48,572 nt of DNA from a virus (taxonomy: Duplodnaviria > Heunggongvirae > Uroviricota > Caudoviricetes), in IMG/VR virus record IMGVR_UViG_3300028887_000066, positions 307,550-356,121 of that record; one strand, 5' to 3'. How positions within the stretch are numbered: position 1 is the first letter of the stretch; each line of letters begins with the position of its first letter. The notes below the pieces were generated by a model, which worked only from the letters and a program-made list of their open reading frames with translations, was not told the origin of the DNA and searched no databases. Positions 36,599 to 46,065 of the stretch are shown one piece after another. The position numbers and the translations under genes were made by a program.

Positions 36599-36781
36599 TT
36601 ACTTCCCCAATGTCTTGAAAATCGAATTATGTTGCCATAATACCCTGTACATATCACAAATGACATCACTGACTATGGCACGAACTTTCTTTTCAAAGTC
36701 CTTGTCATTCTTGATAGATTTTATAATGTCCTGTTTACTGATTTCCTCGGCTATAATGCCATACACTTTGTCATTTGTCAT
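36599..36781 (-). CDS. Small hypothetical protein
   Basis: ORF track; TATTTATAATATAAATA upstream on the minus strand. Confidence 0.65.
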   Translation of the reverse strand: MTNDKVYGIIAEEISKQDIIKSIKNDKDFEKKVRAIVSDVICDMYRVLWQHNSIFKTLGK

Positions 36782-36879
36782 TGAACAACTATTGTATTTA
36801 TATTATAAATACTCGTTAAGGAATAAAAAGCTATGCGGAGACACTATCCCCGCATATTTATTTTTCCATTTTTGGACGC

Positions 36880-37341
36880 TTAATAAAGCAACCATTCAAA
36901 CTGTTCCATCAGTTCAAAACTTTTATCATTGGCTTTAAGAACCTTTAGGAAGCTTTCTGATGGAATCTTATCTATCTGTACGTCGATTTTAGTCTCATCC
37001 AATTCTTTGAGGCATTTGTCCATCTTTGCGCTGAATGCATTGAAATACTCATTGATTTCACGCACGTCCTTAATGTCATCCTCCGTAAGAGTATGCTCAC
37101 CTTTCTTGACTAACTCCTCACGTATCTTTGCCGTCCTAAGTCTGTCCTGCATATGTTCAAAATCACTGTCTGAGATGCTGGATTTCGCATCCTCCCTATC
37201 CTTCAGGTACTCCTCATGAAATGGTCTCAGTTTCCTGATAATACCCCAAATCTTGAACATTGTTTCATCATCAATTGTTGAAAGCTTCAATGTCTTCAAC
37301 TCTGTGTAGGCATTTACCGCCTGAATTGTCTTAATCTCCAT
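36880..37341 (-). CDS. Helical hypothetical protein, possible tail-fibre chaperone
   Basis: Lies directly after the tail-fibre-associated genes. Confidence 0.5.
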   Translation of the reverse strand: MEIKTIQAVNAYTELKTLKLSTIDDETMFKIWGIIRKLRPFHEEYLKDREDAKSSISDSDFEHMQDRLRTAKIREELVKKGEHTLTEDDIKDVREINEYFNAFSAKMDKCLKELDETKIDVQIDKIPSESFLKVLKANDKSFELMEQFEWLLY

Positions 37342-37372
37342 ATGTTTTATTTAGTTTTTATCTTATTCATAC

Positions 37373-38128
37373 TTAATCAGGCTCCAAATCACCATGTATG
37401 GTTATCGTGCCTTTCATTTCATCTACATCATTAAATGGTAAAGGATAATATTGCCCACTACCTGAAACAGCAAACGGGGTCTGTGATGTGGCAGATGCGA
37501 ATACATAGTATTGGTAAGTTTTCCCGTCTGACAATATCGGAAGATAATTTACGGGAATCGTGATGGAATTTGACCCGTTTCCTATTTTTTCCGATGATGT
37601 CATAAACCTGTTTATTGTATTTCCAGAATAATCAGTATAATTTATCTCAATTGCAAGATAATAATCTGATAAAGCACTAATGTCTTCTATTCCTATTGAA
37701 TAGTCGGAATGTGTGACAGTAGTAGATATTATGACATTCCCTGAAGCATCATTTGGTAAGTTTACCGTTTTATTCGCGGAATATTTGTCATTTATATCGG
37801 CATCGTCGTAATATCCATTAAAGTCGTGCAACCTGTATGGCGACGATGAGCCTCCTGTGGGTCTACTATATGTCCACGTTTTGCTTTTTGTCGCCTCTAT
37901 CGTAGATGATATGGTTGGAGAAGCCAATCCGCAATTGCCAGCTATTACATCATTATCCGTCACGCCACTATATTTTCCCGCCATTGAAAATGGTTTGTAT
38001 TTTGCCCATAATGCAAAATTTGCGTTTTTTATAAGCTTCCCTACATCATCATAAGAAGTGCCTAATAATGAATTGACATCATTTAATGAAATCGGTGATA
38101 CTAATCTGTTACCATTTACTATAGGCAT
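37373..38128 (-). CDS. Tail-associated structural protein
   Basis: ISLNDVNSLLG...LWAKYKP...SPYRLHDFNGY, a pattern typical of Bacteroidota phage tail-region proteins. Confidence 0.6.
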   Translation of the reverse strand: MPIVNGNRLVSPISLNDVNSLLGTSYDDVGKLIKNANFALWAKYKPFSMAGKYSGVTDNDVIAGNCGLASPTISSTIEATKSKTWTYSRPTGGSSSPYRLHDFNGYYDDADINDKYSANKTVNLPNDASGNVIISTTVTHSDYSIGIEDISALSDYYLAIEINYTDYSGNTINRFMTSSEKIGNGSNSITIPVNYLPILSDGKTYQYYVFASATSQTPFAVSGSGQYYPLPFNDVDEMKGTITIHGDLEPD

Positions 38129-38130
38129 GG

Positions 38131-40620
38131 CTATTTTAAGTTATTAACAATATATGATTTTATATCAGAAAGTGTAGAATAATTACTAAAAGCATATTTG
38201 ATAACATCAAATTGTGATGGCACATAAATAGTATTACTTCCATTTTCATATGCCATATTTTGACTTGTGGTAATCAAATAATCAACATACAAGGCTTGAT
38301 TATCGGCATACGCTATAGATTGTGATATTTCGTCACCATATCCTCCACCAAAATGAAGCCGTCCATTGCTATCACTATATATTGATGCTCCATGATCAAA
38401 TATAAGGGTGTTTTTAACCGTTAGATTACTATTAATAGTTGTTGCGCTATTTACGGTCAAGCCTGACTGAACTATAAGCTTCGCCACCGTTCCACTATTT
38501 CCGTTTGAACTGAATCCTAACGATGACAAACCGCCAGTTACGTATAACGAGCCTTCAAACTTCAATGCCCCATTTGTCGAATCATATTCAAGATAATTTG
38601 ACGTTGTTGAACCTGAAAAATATATCCTATCAACATATTGTAACGTCATTCCTTTATCGGAATATATTTTCAGATGGTCGTCTCTATCCTCATACAAATA
38701 ACAATAGTCACCATCACCAAAATTAAGTTTTGAACCAAAATTTTCAGTGGAATACCTGAGCCTTAAATTACCACCTATCGTACCACCTTGTGTTGTAATT
38801 GTATGGGTTCCATCAGTAATAGCCGACGTAATACTCTCTATTACAAGATTTTGCGTTAATGCACTTCCATTGATTGTCCTTGACGTAGGCACAGCCCCGA
38901 TACTGCTTGTTGTAATGCTTATATTGGAAGTCAATGCACTACCATTTATTGTTCTTGATGTAGGTACGGCCCCAATATTCGCACAAGTAATATATAAATC
39001 CTGTGTTAAAGCACTGTTATTAATTTTTCTATCTAAAGGAACAGCATTAAGGCTTTCAACATTAATTGTAATATTATCAGTTAATGCACTTCCGTTAATC
39101 ATTCTGCTTGAAGGTACTCCGTCAAAAAATTCGGCAGATGGTTTATTATCTATAAGCCACTCAGGTTTTTCCGTTACATTTTTCCATTTTATGCTCTCCG
39201 ACACTTCAATAACGGCATCACCAATTTTTTCAGTAATTATATCATTTATTTCTTCATCGGTTTTAAATTTTAAATCATTTTCAAATTGACTTAATTTTTT
39301 TGGCGTATTTATAACTTCATTATATAAAAGTTTTCCTTTTACTTTATTTTCAAGCAATTGTATTCTATTTAATAATGTCGTATAAATATATGATTCAACA
39401 GTGCTAACGGCATTAGGGAAAGTATTTTCCTCTTTTTTATCATAGCCAAGAACAGAACTTTTTCGTATTGTGTTTTTTTCTACATTCACCTTATTAGAAC
39501 TGTCGTAATATTGAGCCGCTACTAATATCTTGTCAAATTTGTTTTTAAGAATATAGTTAATATAATACGTGTTGAATGTTTCCCTACTTAAATCCCTTTC
39601 ACTTGTTTCTAATACATCCCTTTCAATATTGTAATCAGCTTTTATAACATAATCCATCAAATGACCGTTTTTGTAGCTTGCGGCTAATAAAACAGGCGGC
39701 ATTTTACTTCTGATATTCGTCTTCGTTCCGTTGTTATAAATCTGTATTACGATTTTCTTGATATTTTCTGGAACCTTATAAGTAAACGCCCCATCTTTCC
39801 ATGTTGAAGCGGATACCACAATGTTTCCATTTACATCAAACGCCACAACCGTTGGGACATATACTGAACTTTTTACCCCTTGGAACTCTATGGTCATCCC
39901 TTGGGAAACGTCCATCTGATTTGTAACCAACATATTGTTTACCCGTTCCAAATGTTCAGGCTCGTCTACGGATTCCACATATTCAAGGTTAGACTTAACC
40001 TGAAAACTCATATCCTTGTATGTCCCATAATAGAAGTCGGCATTTTCACTTTCAGTAGGATTTGCGTTATCGAAATTAGTGAAAAAATTATCATAACTGC
40101 TGCTATCTCCAGCTTTCAGTTCAAACAACATTTTATCCCAAGATTCACTTCCTTCTTTCCACCAATTTTTGCCCCATGTACCATAAATGAAAATATCCAC
40201 GCCAAATGTAATAGTGTCTATATATATGGTTTTACAAAATTTGGTTATTTCATTCTTTAGAAGACCAAATATTCTATTACCAGCATATGTAGTCATTCCT
40301 GAATCTGTAATCAATTCTTCGGCACTATCCGTCATATTATCCAATGAAATATAATATGGACGTTCTACGTATTGTGTATTGCTATTTCCGCTTAATACAT
40401 CCCTCGCCGCTATAGTAAGTGCGCTTAATGCCGTTTTAATAGAAACAGTATTAGAGCTATCTTCAATGGAAATACTTTGATAATTCGTACTTCCTGAGTA
40501 TGGATTATCATTAAAGATATACTCATAAACATCCCATCCCGACTTATCTATTATATTTCCATTCAAGTCGAGAGCCTTACCTGAATATTTGTTATTGAGT
40601 GGTACAATCGGATTTGCCAT
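38131..40620 (-). CDS. Tail fibre / receptor-binding-like protein (829 aa)
   Basis: KLSQFENDLKF motif, four AVPxSRxINGSALT repeats, beta-rich C-terminus. Confidence 0.75.
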   Translation of the reverse strand: MANPIVPLNNKYSGKALDLNGNIIDKSGWDVYEYIFNDNPYSGSTNYQSISIEDSSNTVSIKTALSALTIAARDVLSGNSNTQYVERPYYISLDNMTDSAEELITDSGMTTYAGNRIFGLLKNEITKFCKTIYIDTITFGVDIFIYGTWGKNWWKEGSESWDKMLFELKAGDSSSYDNFFTNFDNANPTESENADFYYGTYKDMSFQVKSNLEYVESVDEPEHLERVNNMLVTNQMDVSQGMTIEFQGVKSSVYVPTVVAFDVNGNIVVSASTWKDGAFTYKVPENIKKIVIQIYNNGTKTNIRSKMPPVLLAASYKNGHLMDYVIKADYNIERDVLETSERDLSRETFNTYYINYILKNKFDKILVAAQYYDSSNKVNVEKNTIRKSSVLGYDKKEENTFPNAVSTVESYIYTTLLNRIQLLENKVKGKLLYNEVINTPKKLSQFENDLKFKTDEEINDIITEKIGDAVIEVSESIKWKNVTEKPEWLIDNKPSAEFFDGVPSSRMINGSALTDNITINVESLNAVPLDRKINNSALTQDLYITCANIGAVPTSRTINGSALTSNISITTSSIGAVPTSRTINGSALTQNLVIESITSAITDGTHTITTQGGTIGGNLRLRYSTENFGSKLNFGDGDYCYLYEDRDDHLKIYSDKGMTLQYVDRIYFSGSTTSNYLEYDSTNGALKFEGSLYVTGGLSSLGFSSNGNSGTVAKLIVQSGLTVNSATTINSNLTVKNTLIFDHGASIYSDSNGRLHFGGGYGDEISQSIAYADNQALYVDYLITTSQNMAYENGSNTIYVPSQFDVIKYAFSNYSTLSDIKSYIVNNLK
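38850..39125 (-). repeat. Four 75-bp (25-aa) tail-fibre tandem repeats
   Basis: GCACT anchors at 38861, 38936, 39011 and 39086 (exact 75-nt period). Confidence 0.9.
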
Positions 40621-40679
40621 CTGAAAATATGTATTTATTATATAAAAAGATACTTATTAAAACGTTATTGTCAACAAAA

Positions 40680-40703
40680 ATAGGAGACCGTATGGTCTCC
40701 TAT
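40680..40703 (-). terminator. Intrinsic terminator
   Basis: ATAGGAGACC-GTAT-GGTCTCCTAT with an A-run to its left. Confidence 0.8.
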
Positions 40704-40799
40704 ATAATTATCTCGTATGGTATTTATTTTTTCAGTTTATCAAGTAAATCTTTGAACATTTGTATTTATATAAAATGAAAAGATAGATTTTAAATTACT

Positions 40800-41960
40800 A
40801 TGAAAGATAAAACAAGTAAGTTCATTGAGAAGGCACGAAAGATACACGGAGATAAATATGACTATTCTAAAGTAGAATATGTAAATAACCGCACAAAAGT
40901 TTGTATTATTTGTCCCGAACATGGTGAATTTTGGCAAATGCCATCAAGTCATTTAAACGGGCATGGTTGCCAAAAATGTAATATAAAAAAATTATCAGTT
41001 TTAAATAATAAAACCCTTGAAGAGTTCGTCGAGGAAGCTAAAAAGGTACACGGTGACAAGTATGACTATTCTAAAGTTGTATTCCATAAAATGCATGAAA
41101 AAGTATGTATCATTTGTCCGATCCACGGAGAATTTTGGCAAACGCCAAAAAATCACATCAAAGGACATGGCTGTCAAAAATGCAGAAATGAGTATATAAA
41201 ACATGCTCTTAGCGGAAACATTGAAGGCTTTTTACAAAAAGCTAAGAAAATACATGGTGACAAATACGACTACTCAAAGGTCGAATATGTGAATAACAAA
41301 ACTAAAGTGTGTATTATCTGCCACGAAAAAGACGAAAATGGAATAGAGCATGGTGAATTTTGGCAAACACCTGGAAATCATTTAAATGGGTGGGGTTGTT
41401 CTAAATGTTCACAACAATATCATTTGAATGATGCAGAATACATTAATAAAGCTAAAAAAATATATGGTGACAAATATGACTATTCTAAAGTTAGATATGT
41501 AAACAATAAAACAAAAATAGTAATAGGTTGTCCAATTCACGGAGAATATAGTATATATCCAATAGCTCATTTGAAAGGTCAGGAATGCAAATACTGCACT
41601 ATGCCAACATTAGAAAAAGAAATAAAAAATGCTTTAGATGAATTAAACATTTGTTATATACATCAAGCATCGAAAAAAGATGGGCTTGCTTGGCTTAACA
41701 ACCAAAGTCTTGACTTTTATCTTCCTGATCAAAATATCGCCATAGAATGCCAAGGAGAACAGCATTATCGTCCGTTTACATGGTTTGGCGGGTTAGATAA
41801 ATTTAATGATAGGGTCAAATTGGACAATATTAAAAATGAGAAATGTAAAAAACATAACATAACTTTATTATACTATACAAAAAATAATTTTATAAAAAAT
41901 AATATACTTGATAACACTTTTACTGACATTAACGATATTATATCAATAATAAAAAAATAG
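40800..41960 (+). CDS. Putative homing endonuclease: four HGDKYDYSKV/CPxHG Zn repeats (DUF723-like) plus a C-terminal DUF559/Vsr-like nuclease
   Basis: Four (H/Y)GDKYDYSKV...C(P)xHGE...GCxxC repeats; SLDFYLPDQNIAIECQGEQHY. Confidence 0.88.
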   Translation: MKDKTSKFIEKARKIHGDKYDYSKVEYVNNRTKVCIICPEHGEFWQMPSSHLNGHGCQKCNIKKLSVLNNKTLEEFVEEAKKVHGDKYDYSKVVFHKMHEKVCIICPIHGEFWQTPKNHIKGHGCQKCRNEYIKHALSGNIEGFLQKAKKIHGDKYDYSKVEYVNNKTKVCIICHEKDENGIEHGEFWQTPGNHLNGWGCSKCSQQYHLNDAEYINKAKKIYGDKYDYSKVRYVNNKTKIVIGCPIHGEYSIYPIAHLKGQECKYCTMPTLEKEIKNALDELNICYIHQASKKDGLAWLNNQSLDFYLPDQNIAIECQGEQHYRPFTWFGGLDKFNDRVKLDNIKNEKCKKHNITLLYYTKNNFIKNNILDNTFTDINDIISIIKK

Positions 41961-41984
41961 TGTGTAAAAACACACTATTTTTTT
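41951..41984. terminator. Bidirectional terminator built from the two convergent stop codons
   Basis: AAAAAAATAGTGTG-TAAAAA-CACACTATTTTTTT, a perfect 14-bp stem. Confidence 0.85.
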
Positions 41985-42436
41985 AATTTATCAAGTAAAT
42001 CCCCAGCTGCCAAAAATTCGTCCCGCCAATTCAAGTAATGGCCGTGCATCTTGTTTAATGTCTCAATAACACTTTCAGTAAGTGCCAATCCATCTACGAA
42101 AATATACGGAGCCTCAGTAACATCATTCAATGAATATTGGAATTTTAATCCTGACATACTTGGTATGCTTCCGCTGAATACAAGATTCCCACTCTTCGGA
42201 AAATAAACCAACGGATTATTCTCAGGTTCATCCCCGTTTTCATTCGCAAACTTAGCACCGTTATTGACGGTTTGCTTAAATGAATCTATCTGATTCTGTA
42301 AAACGTTTTGTCCAAAACGCGGATCATTAGTGATAGCAATTGCATCACCCTTATCATCCTCGGCTTCGTTTAACGGACGTTTCTTACCTCTTATAGATTC
42401 AAGTATCGTTTTTGAAATATCGTAATTATCTGACAT
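41975..42436 (-). CDS. Hypothetical, probably head-associated protein
   Basis: ILES...PLNE|AE N-terminus. Confidence 0.7.
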   Translation of the reverse strand: MSDNYDISKTILESIRGKKRPLNEAEDDKGDAIAITNDPRFGQNVLQNQIDSFKQTVNNGAKFANENGDEPENNPLVYFPKSGNLVFSGSIPSMSGLKFQYSLNDVTEAPYIFVDGLALTESVIETLNKMHGHYLNWRDEFLAAGDLLDKLKK

Positions 42437-42437
42437 A

Positions 42438-42860
42438 TTACCAATTATAACTTACCCCGTTCCAAAATCCTGAAAAGTCCTTACTATTGAACATTTTCTT
42501 TTGTTCTGTATTAAGTTTCTTTTCGCTTTCGGTTATTTTCTTTTCCAATTCTTCTTGAAGGCTTGCAGTTTTCTCAAGTTCTTCTTCTATTTTTTTCTGA
42601 GCCTCCTCAGGTGGAAGTGATGCAATTTCGTCTAATTTCTTGCTTGAGTCATTGTACTCCTTCAAAAGCTCCACCTCATTATCAATGTTAAGTTCAGGTG
42701 TTGCTGCTTCTGAAATTTTTTCCTGTTCTTCTATTTCTTCCTTATATTCTTCCTTCAATTCCTTTTCAATCTCCTCAATGTTGTTTACAACATTTGAAAC
42801 CTGCTCAATAGTTTCATTTTCAATCTTTTTAGGAGTTTTATTAGTTGTTTTCTTTGCCAT
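42438..42860 (-). CDS. Acidic coiled-coil hypothetical protein
   Basis: Glu-rich, ending GFWNGVSYNW; TATTTAT upstream (42889-42883). Confidence 0.7.
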   Translation of the reverse strand: MAKKTTNKTPKKIENETIEQVSNVVNNIEEIEKELKEEYKEEIEEQEKISEAATPELNIDNEVELLKEYNDSSKKLDEIASLPPEEAQKKIEEELEKTASLQEELEKKITESEKKLNTEQKKMFNSKDFSGFWNGVSYNW

Positions 42861-42899
42861 ATTATTTCAAAGTTTATTTAATATAAATAGTTGTTATAT

Positions 42900-43616
42900 T
42901 TATTTTTTGCTTGATAAATGATAGTTACCCTCCAAAATAGCTTCAGACCTTATTTTCCTAAATGCCTTTTGTATTACTTGTCTGACCCTTTCTTTTGTCA
43001 GCCCATATTTTTCTCCAATTTCTTCCAATGTAAACGAACCTGAATACAATCTTCCATAATACATATTAATCATGTCACATTCACGTTCATCAAGATTTGA
43101 AAACATTTTCTCAATGAAACTGTTCATTTCATTATGTTTTTCCTCTTCATCATCGACCATTTCAGCCGTATAGTCGAATTTGTTTATGTTTTCCTTGTAC
43201 ACCTCATCAGCGTCATCTTCAGACTCATCATTTGTATCATCGGATGGCAGTTCCGTTTCAGGAAGTTTATTTCGCTTTTCAATGGCGGCTTGCATTCTTT
43301 GCATTATCCACCATTTTGAATAGCTTATCAATTTTACATCCCTTTTAATATCAAACCTATCAATTGAATTTATTAGCCCGCTGTTGGCTTCAGAAATCAG
43401 TTCAAGATAACCCAATCCGCGACCCCTGTATGCCGATGCCAACTTTGCGGCATACCTTAAATTACTGTTAATCAGTTTATTCCTTGCATTCAGGTCGTTA
43501 TTTTTCTTGTATTGTTTAAGTAATTTTCTTTCTTCTTTTCTGGACAGTGGTTTATATTTCCTTAAACTTTCAAAATAAGCGTTTGCTCCATTGTCAAAAT
43601 CTTCATATATTGCCAT
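42900..43616 (-). CDS. Second sigma-70-family factor with a short acidic segment replacing most of region 3
   Basis: YFESLRKY, NLRYAAKLA, EANSGLINSIDRFD, SYSKWWI, FTLEEIGEKYGLTKERVRQ. Confidence 0.92.
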   Translation of the reverse strand: MAIYEDFDNGANAYFESLRKYKPLSRKEERKLLKQYKKNNDLNARNKLINSNLRYAAKLASAYRGRGLGYLELISEANSGLINSIDRFDIKRDVKLISYSKWWIMQRMQAAIEKRNKLPETELPSDDTNDESEDDADEVYKENINKFDYTAEMVDDEEEKHNEMNSFIEKMFSNLDERECDMINMYYGRLYSGSFTLEEIGEKYGLTKERVRQVIQKAFRKIRSEAILEGNYHLSSKK

Positions 43617-43666
43617 TTAATAAGTGAATAAATATCATAATTATCAAACAATTCAGAAATCAAGGC

Positions 43667-46054
43667 TTATGAAACCTTGATTCTTGAAATGTTATTCTCC
43701 TTAGTGACTGTTATAACAGTGTCATGCCAATCATAAATTGATTTCAAATGTGAAATCTGCAAAATAAGCGAATAATCTTTTACTATCTTGTCATATAATT
43801 TCTTAACATTCTCGTAATTCTCATCGGCAACACCGCCAAGAATTTCATCAAATACAACAAACGACGGCTTGCTGAATGTCGAAATCTTACTGAGAACACT
43901 TCTCAACGCAAGACTTGCAACCGTTTCCTCAAATCCTGAGCTTCCACCAAGCTTTGCCTTCACACCATCATGAATGTAATAAAATTCTACATCATTCCTA
44001 TCATCAATCGAAATTTCTACATCAAAGTCACACACACCTTCAAGCATTCGTCTCAATTCAGCATTGATAATAGGTAAAGCTTTTCTAAGTACAAGTTTTG
44101 AAATACCATGTTTACCTACCATTTCAAGATAAATTTTCCATGAACGTATCGTAACGGTTTCTTTTTCAAGGACTTTTAAAATTTCTTCGGATTCCTTAAT
44201 AACTTTATTGTTGTATGTTATGCAAGCATTTTCCTCATTTATCTTTCCTTGAATTAACTTCAATACATTTTCTTCTTCCTTGATGCTCGATTCGATAACA
44301 TTCAACGATGTCTGTATCTTATTATTTTGTTCAATAGCCGACTTATTAGCCTCAATATCTTTCAATAACCTTGCCTGTTCTCTATATTGTGCCAACAAAT
44401 TTTCAATATCAACACCGTTTTTCTGAATTATAAGCTCAAGACGTATTTTATTGTTATAACGATCACGCTCTTTAGATGATTTCTCCTTTAATTCTGTCGC
44501 TGATTTAAGCAATTCATTTTTCTTCTTACCATCCTCGATAAGTTTCTTTATTTCCTCCTCCTTTTCAGAAATGGCTTTTGAATTATCAACATTTTTCAGT
44601 TTTGCTCCACAGGTAGGACAGAATTCTCCTTTCTTTAGAGTTTCGATAGAAGCCTTCAATGTCTTCAAACGCTCACGCATCGTAGCTATTTCTACGTTAA
44701 GAGCAGTGCATTTTTCCTCTAACTCCCTGTAGTCATTCTCATTAAATGTAATAGTACCTAATTCGGCTAACTGTTTTTCATTCTCCGCCTTTTCTGCGCG
44801 TTTCTTGACTCCATTCTCCTTAATGTCACTGATCCTTGCATTTACAGTGGCAACATCAACATTAAGCAATGTAGGGTCAATCTGAAGCTTTGATTGAAGC
44901 AGCTTATCACGTTCCCTTTTATAGTCTGTTATCCTTTTATTTGACTCTTCTTCATTTTTAGATAACTTCTTCTTTTCTTTTTCGTGTTCCGAATTTTCCG
45001 TTTTCAACTCCTTGATCTTGGTTTCCAAGTCATCCTTATTGTACTTGTTCGACAATAAAGACGGTGCAACTTCTTGATTATACGCCTCCCGTGCCAATTT
45101 ATCCTTTTCTTCAAGCGGAAGCAAACCTATCCACCTTGATATAAGACGGCCACGGTCTGTATCCTTCAATGAGATAAGCCCTTCAAGATTTCGACGATCA
45201 ACACATATCATAAGGTCGAAATCCTTTTCATTTCCTATTGCGTCCTTAATAACCTTATTCGTATCGCGTCCATTTGACTCATTCAGATTCTCTTCATCGT
45301 CAAGACTGATATATTCGTCATTGATCAATTTATAATAGGATATTTTCTGTGTAACCTTGCTCTTATCTGTGCGCTTCTCATATTTAGGACGTGTGATTAC
45401 TCGCTTGATAATGTAATCAGTTCCGTCAATACATACGCATCCTTCGACTGAACATTCTGTTTCCTTCGGGCAATATCTGTTAAACACACTTGCAAGCGTC
45501 CAATCGTTTTCACGGGATGTGACCTTACCAAATAACAAAAAACGTATCAAGTCCAGACAAAATGTCGATTTACCGCCTTGGTTTGCGGGTTCTGATTTCA
45601 GTAACGCCAAACCTTTGACCTTGGTAAAATCAAAATAATTGTCTTTTCCATATGACATAAAGTTAGACCATTTAATCCATTTTATCTCATACTTTTTATG
45701 CTTGTCATACGCCTCATAGTCTATTCTGTTATTAATGGTTTCGTCTATTTCCAAAATCTTGTCAAAATCATAGTCCTTAACCTCATTCAATTCAAGATAC
45801 GTCTTAAAAAGCGTCTGTTGGAACTTAGGGTCTTGAACATCGTCAATAATGCCATCGGCCAATGTTTCGTTATTCCCATTGACACCTTTCTGTATCAGTA
45901 CAGGTTCGACACTGACATTTTCCTTCGGTATCCCATATTTTTTGGCAAATTTTGAAATGATTTCATTTTCTTTGTCATGTGAATAGTCTATCGGCATCAC
46001 ATTCCATTTTATAAGCACCTTACCGTGCTTTCCTATCTCAACTTTTTTCTTCAT
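43667..46054 (-). CDS. sbcC: SbcC/Rad50/T4 gp46-like SMC ATPase with an N-terminal extension of about 120 aa
   Basis: WSNFMSYG, NQGGKST Walker A, CPTCG zinc hook, SSGFE signature, VVFDEILG Walker B, QISH. Confidence 0.9.
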   Translation of the reverse strand: MKKKVEIGKHGKVLIKWNVMPIDYSHDKENEIISKFAKKYGIPKENVSVEPVLIQKGVNGNNETLADGIIDDVQDPKFQQTLFKTYLELNEVKDYDFDKILEIDETINNRIDYEAYDKHKKYEIKWIKWSNFMSYGKDNYFDFTKVKGLALLKSEPANQGGKSTFCLDLIRFLLFGKVTSRENDWTLASVFNRYCPKETECSVEGCVCIDGTDYIIKRVITRPKYEKRTDKSKVTQKISYYKLINDEYISLDDEENLNESNGRDTNKVIKDAIGNEKDFDLMICVDRRNLEGLISLKDTDRGRLISRWIGLLPLEEKDKLAREAYNQEVAPSLLSNKYNKDDLETKIKELKTENSEHEKEKKKLSKNEEESNKRITDYKRERDKLLQSKLQIDPTLLNVDVATVNARISDIKENGVKKRAEKAENEKQLAELGTITFNENDYRELEEKCTALNVEIATMRERLKTLKASIETLKKGEFCPTCGAKLKNVDNSKAISEKEEEIKKLIEDGKKKNELLKSATELKEKSSKERDRYNNKIRLELIIQKNGVDIENLLAQYREQARLLKDIEANKSAIEQNNKIQTSLNVIESSIKEEENVLKLIQGKINEENACITYNNKVIKESEEILKVLEKETVTIRSWKIYLEMVGKHGISKLVLRKALPIINAELRRMLEGVCDFDVEISIDDRNDVEFYYIHDGVKAKLGGSSGFEETVASLALRSVLSKISTFSKPSFVVFDEILGGVADENYENVKKLYDKIVKDYSLILQISHLKSIYDWHDTVITVTKENNISRIKVS

Positions 46055-46065
46055 TTAATAAAAAA

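Larger units (their letters stand above)
40724..42001. mobile_element. Free-standing endonuclease insertion flanked by a duplicated 27-nt gene end
   Basis: 40724-40750 and 41975-42001 both encode DLLDKLKK* on the minus strand; exact core TTTATCAAGTAAATC at 40736 and 41987. Confidence 0.75.

Noticed and set aside
38747-39289. 180-aa plus-strand ORF
   Set aside because: Antisense shadow of the tail-fibre repeat region.
40724-40759. Mini-ORF MFKDLLDKLKK* on the minus strand
   Set aside because: Better explained as the displaced original gene end at the endonuclease insertion site.
40850-41560. Roughly 200-bp periodic GACTA(T/C)TC(T/A)AA repeats as a CRISPR array
   Set aside because: They are in-frame protein repeats of the endonuclease, vary at synonymous positions, and no cas genes are present.
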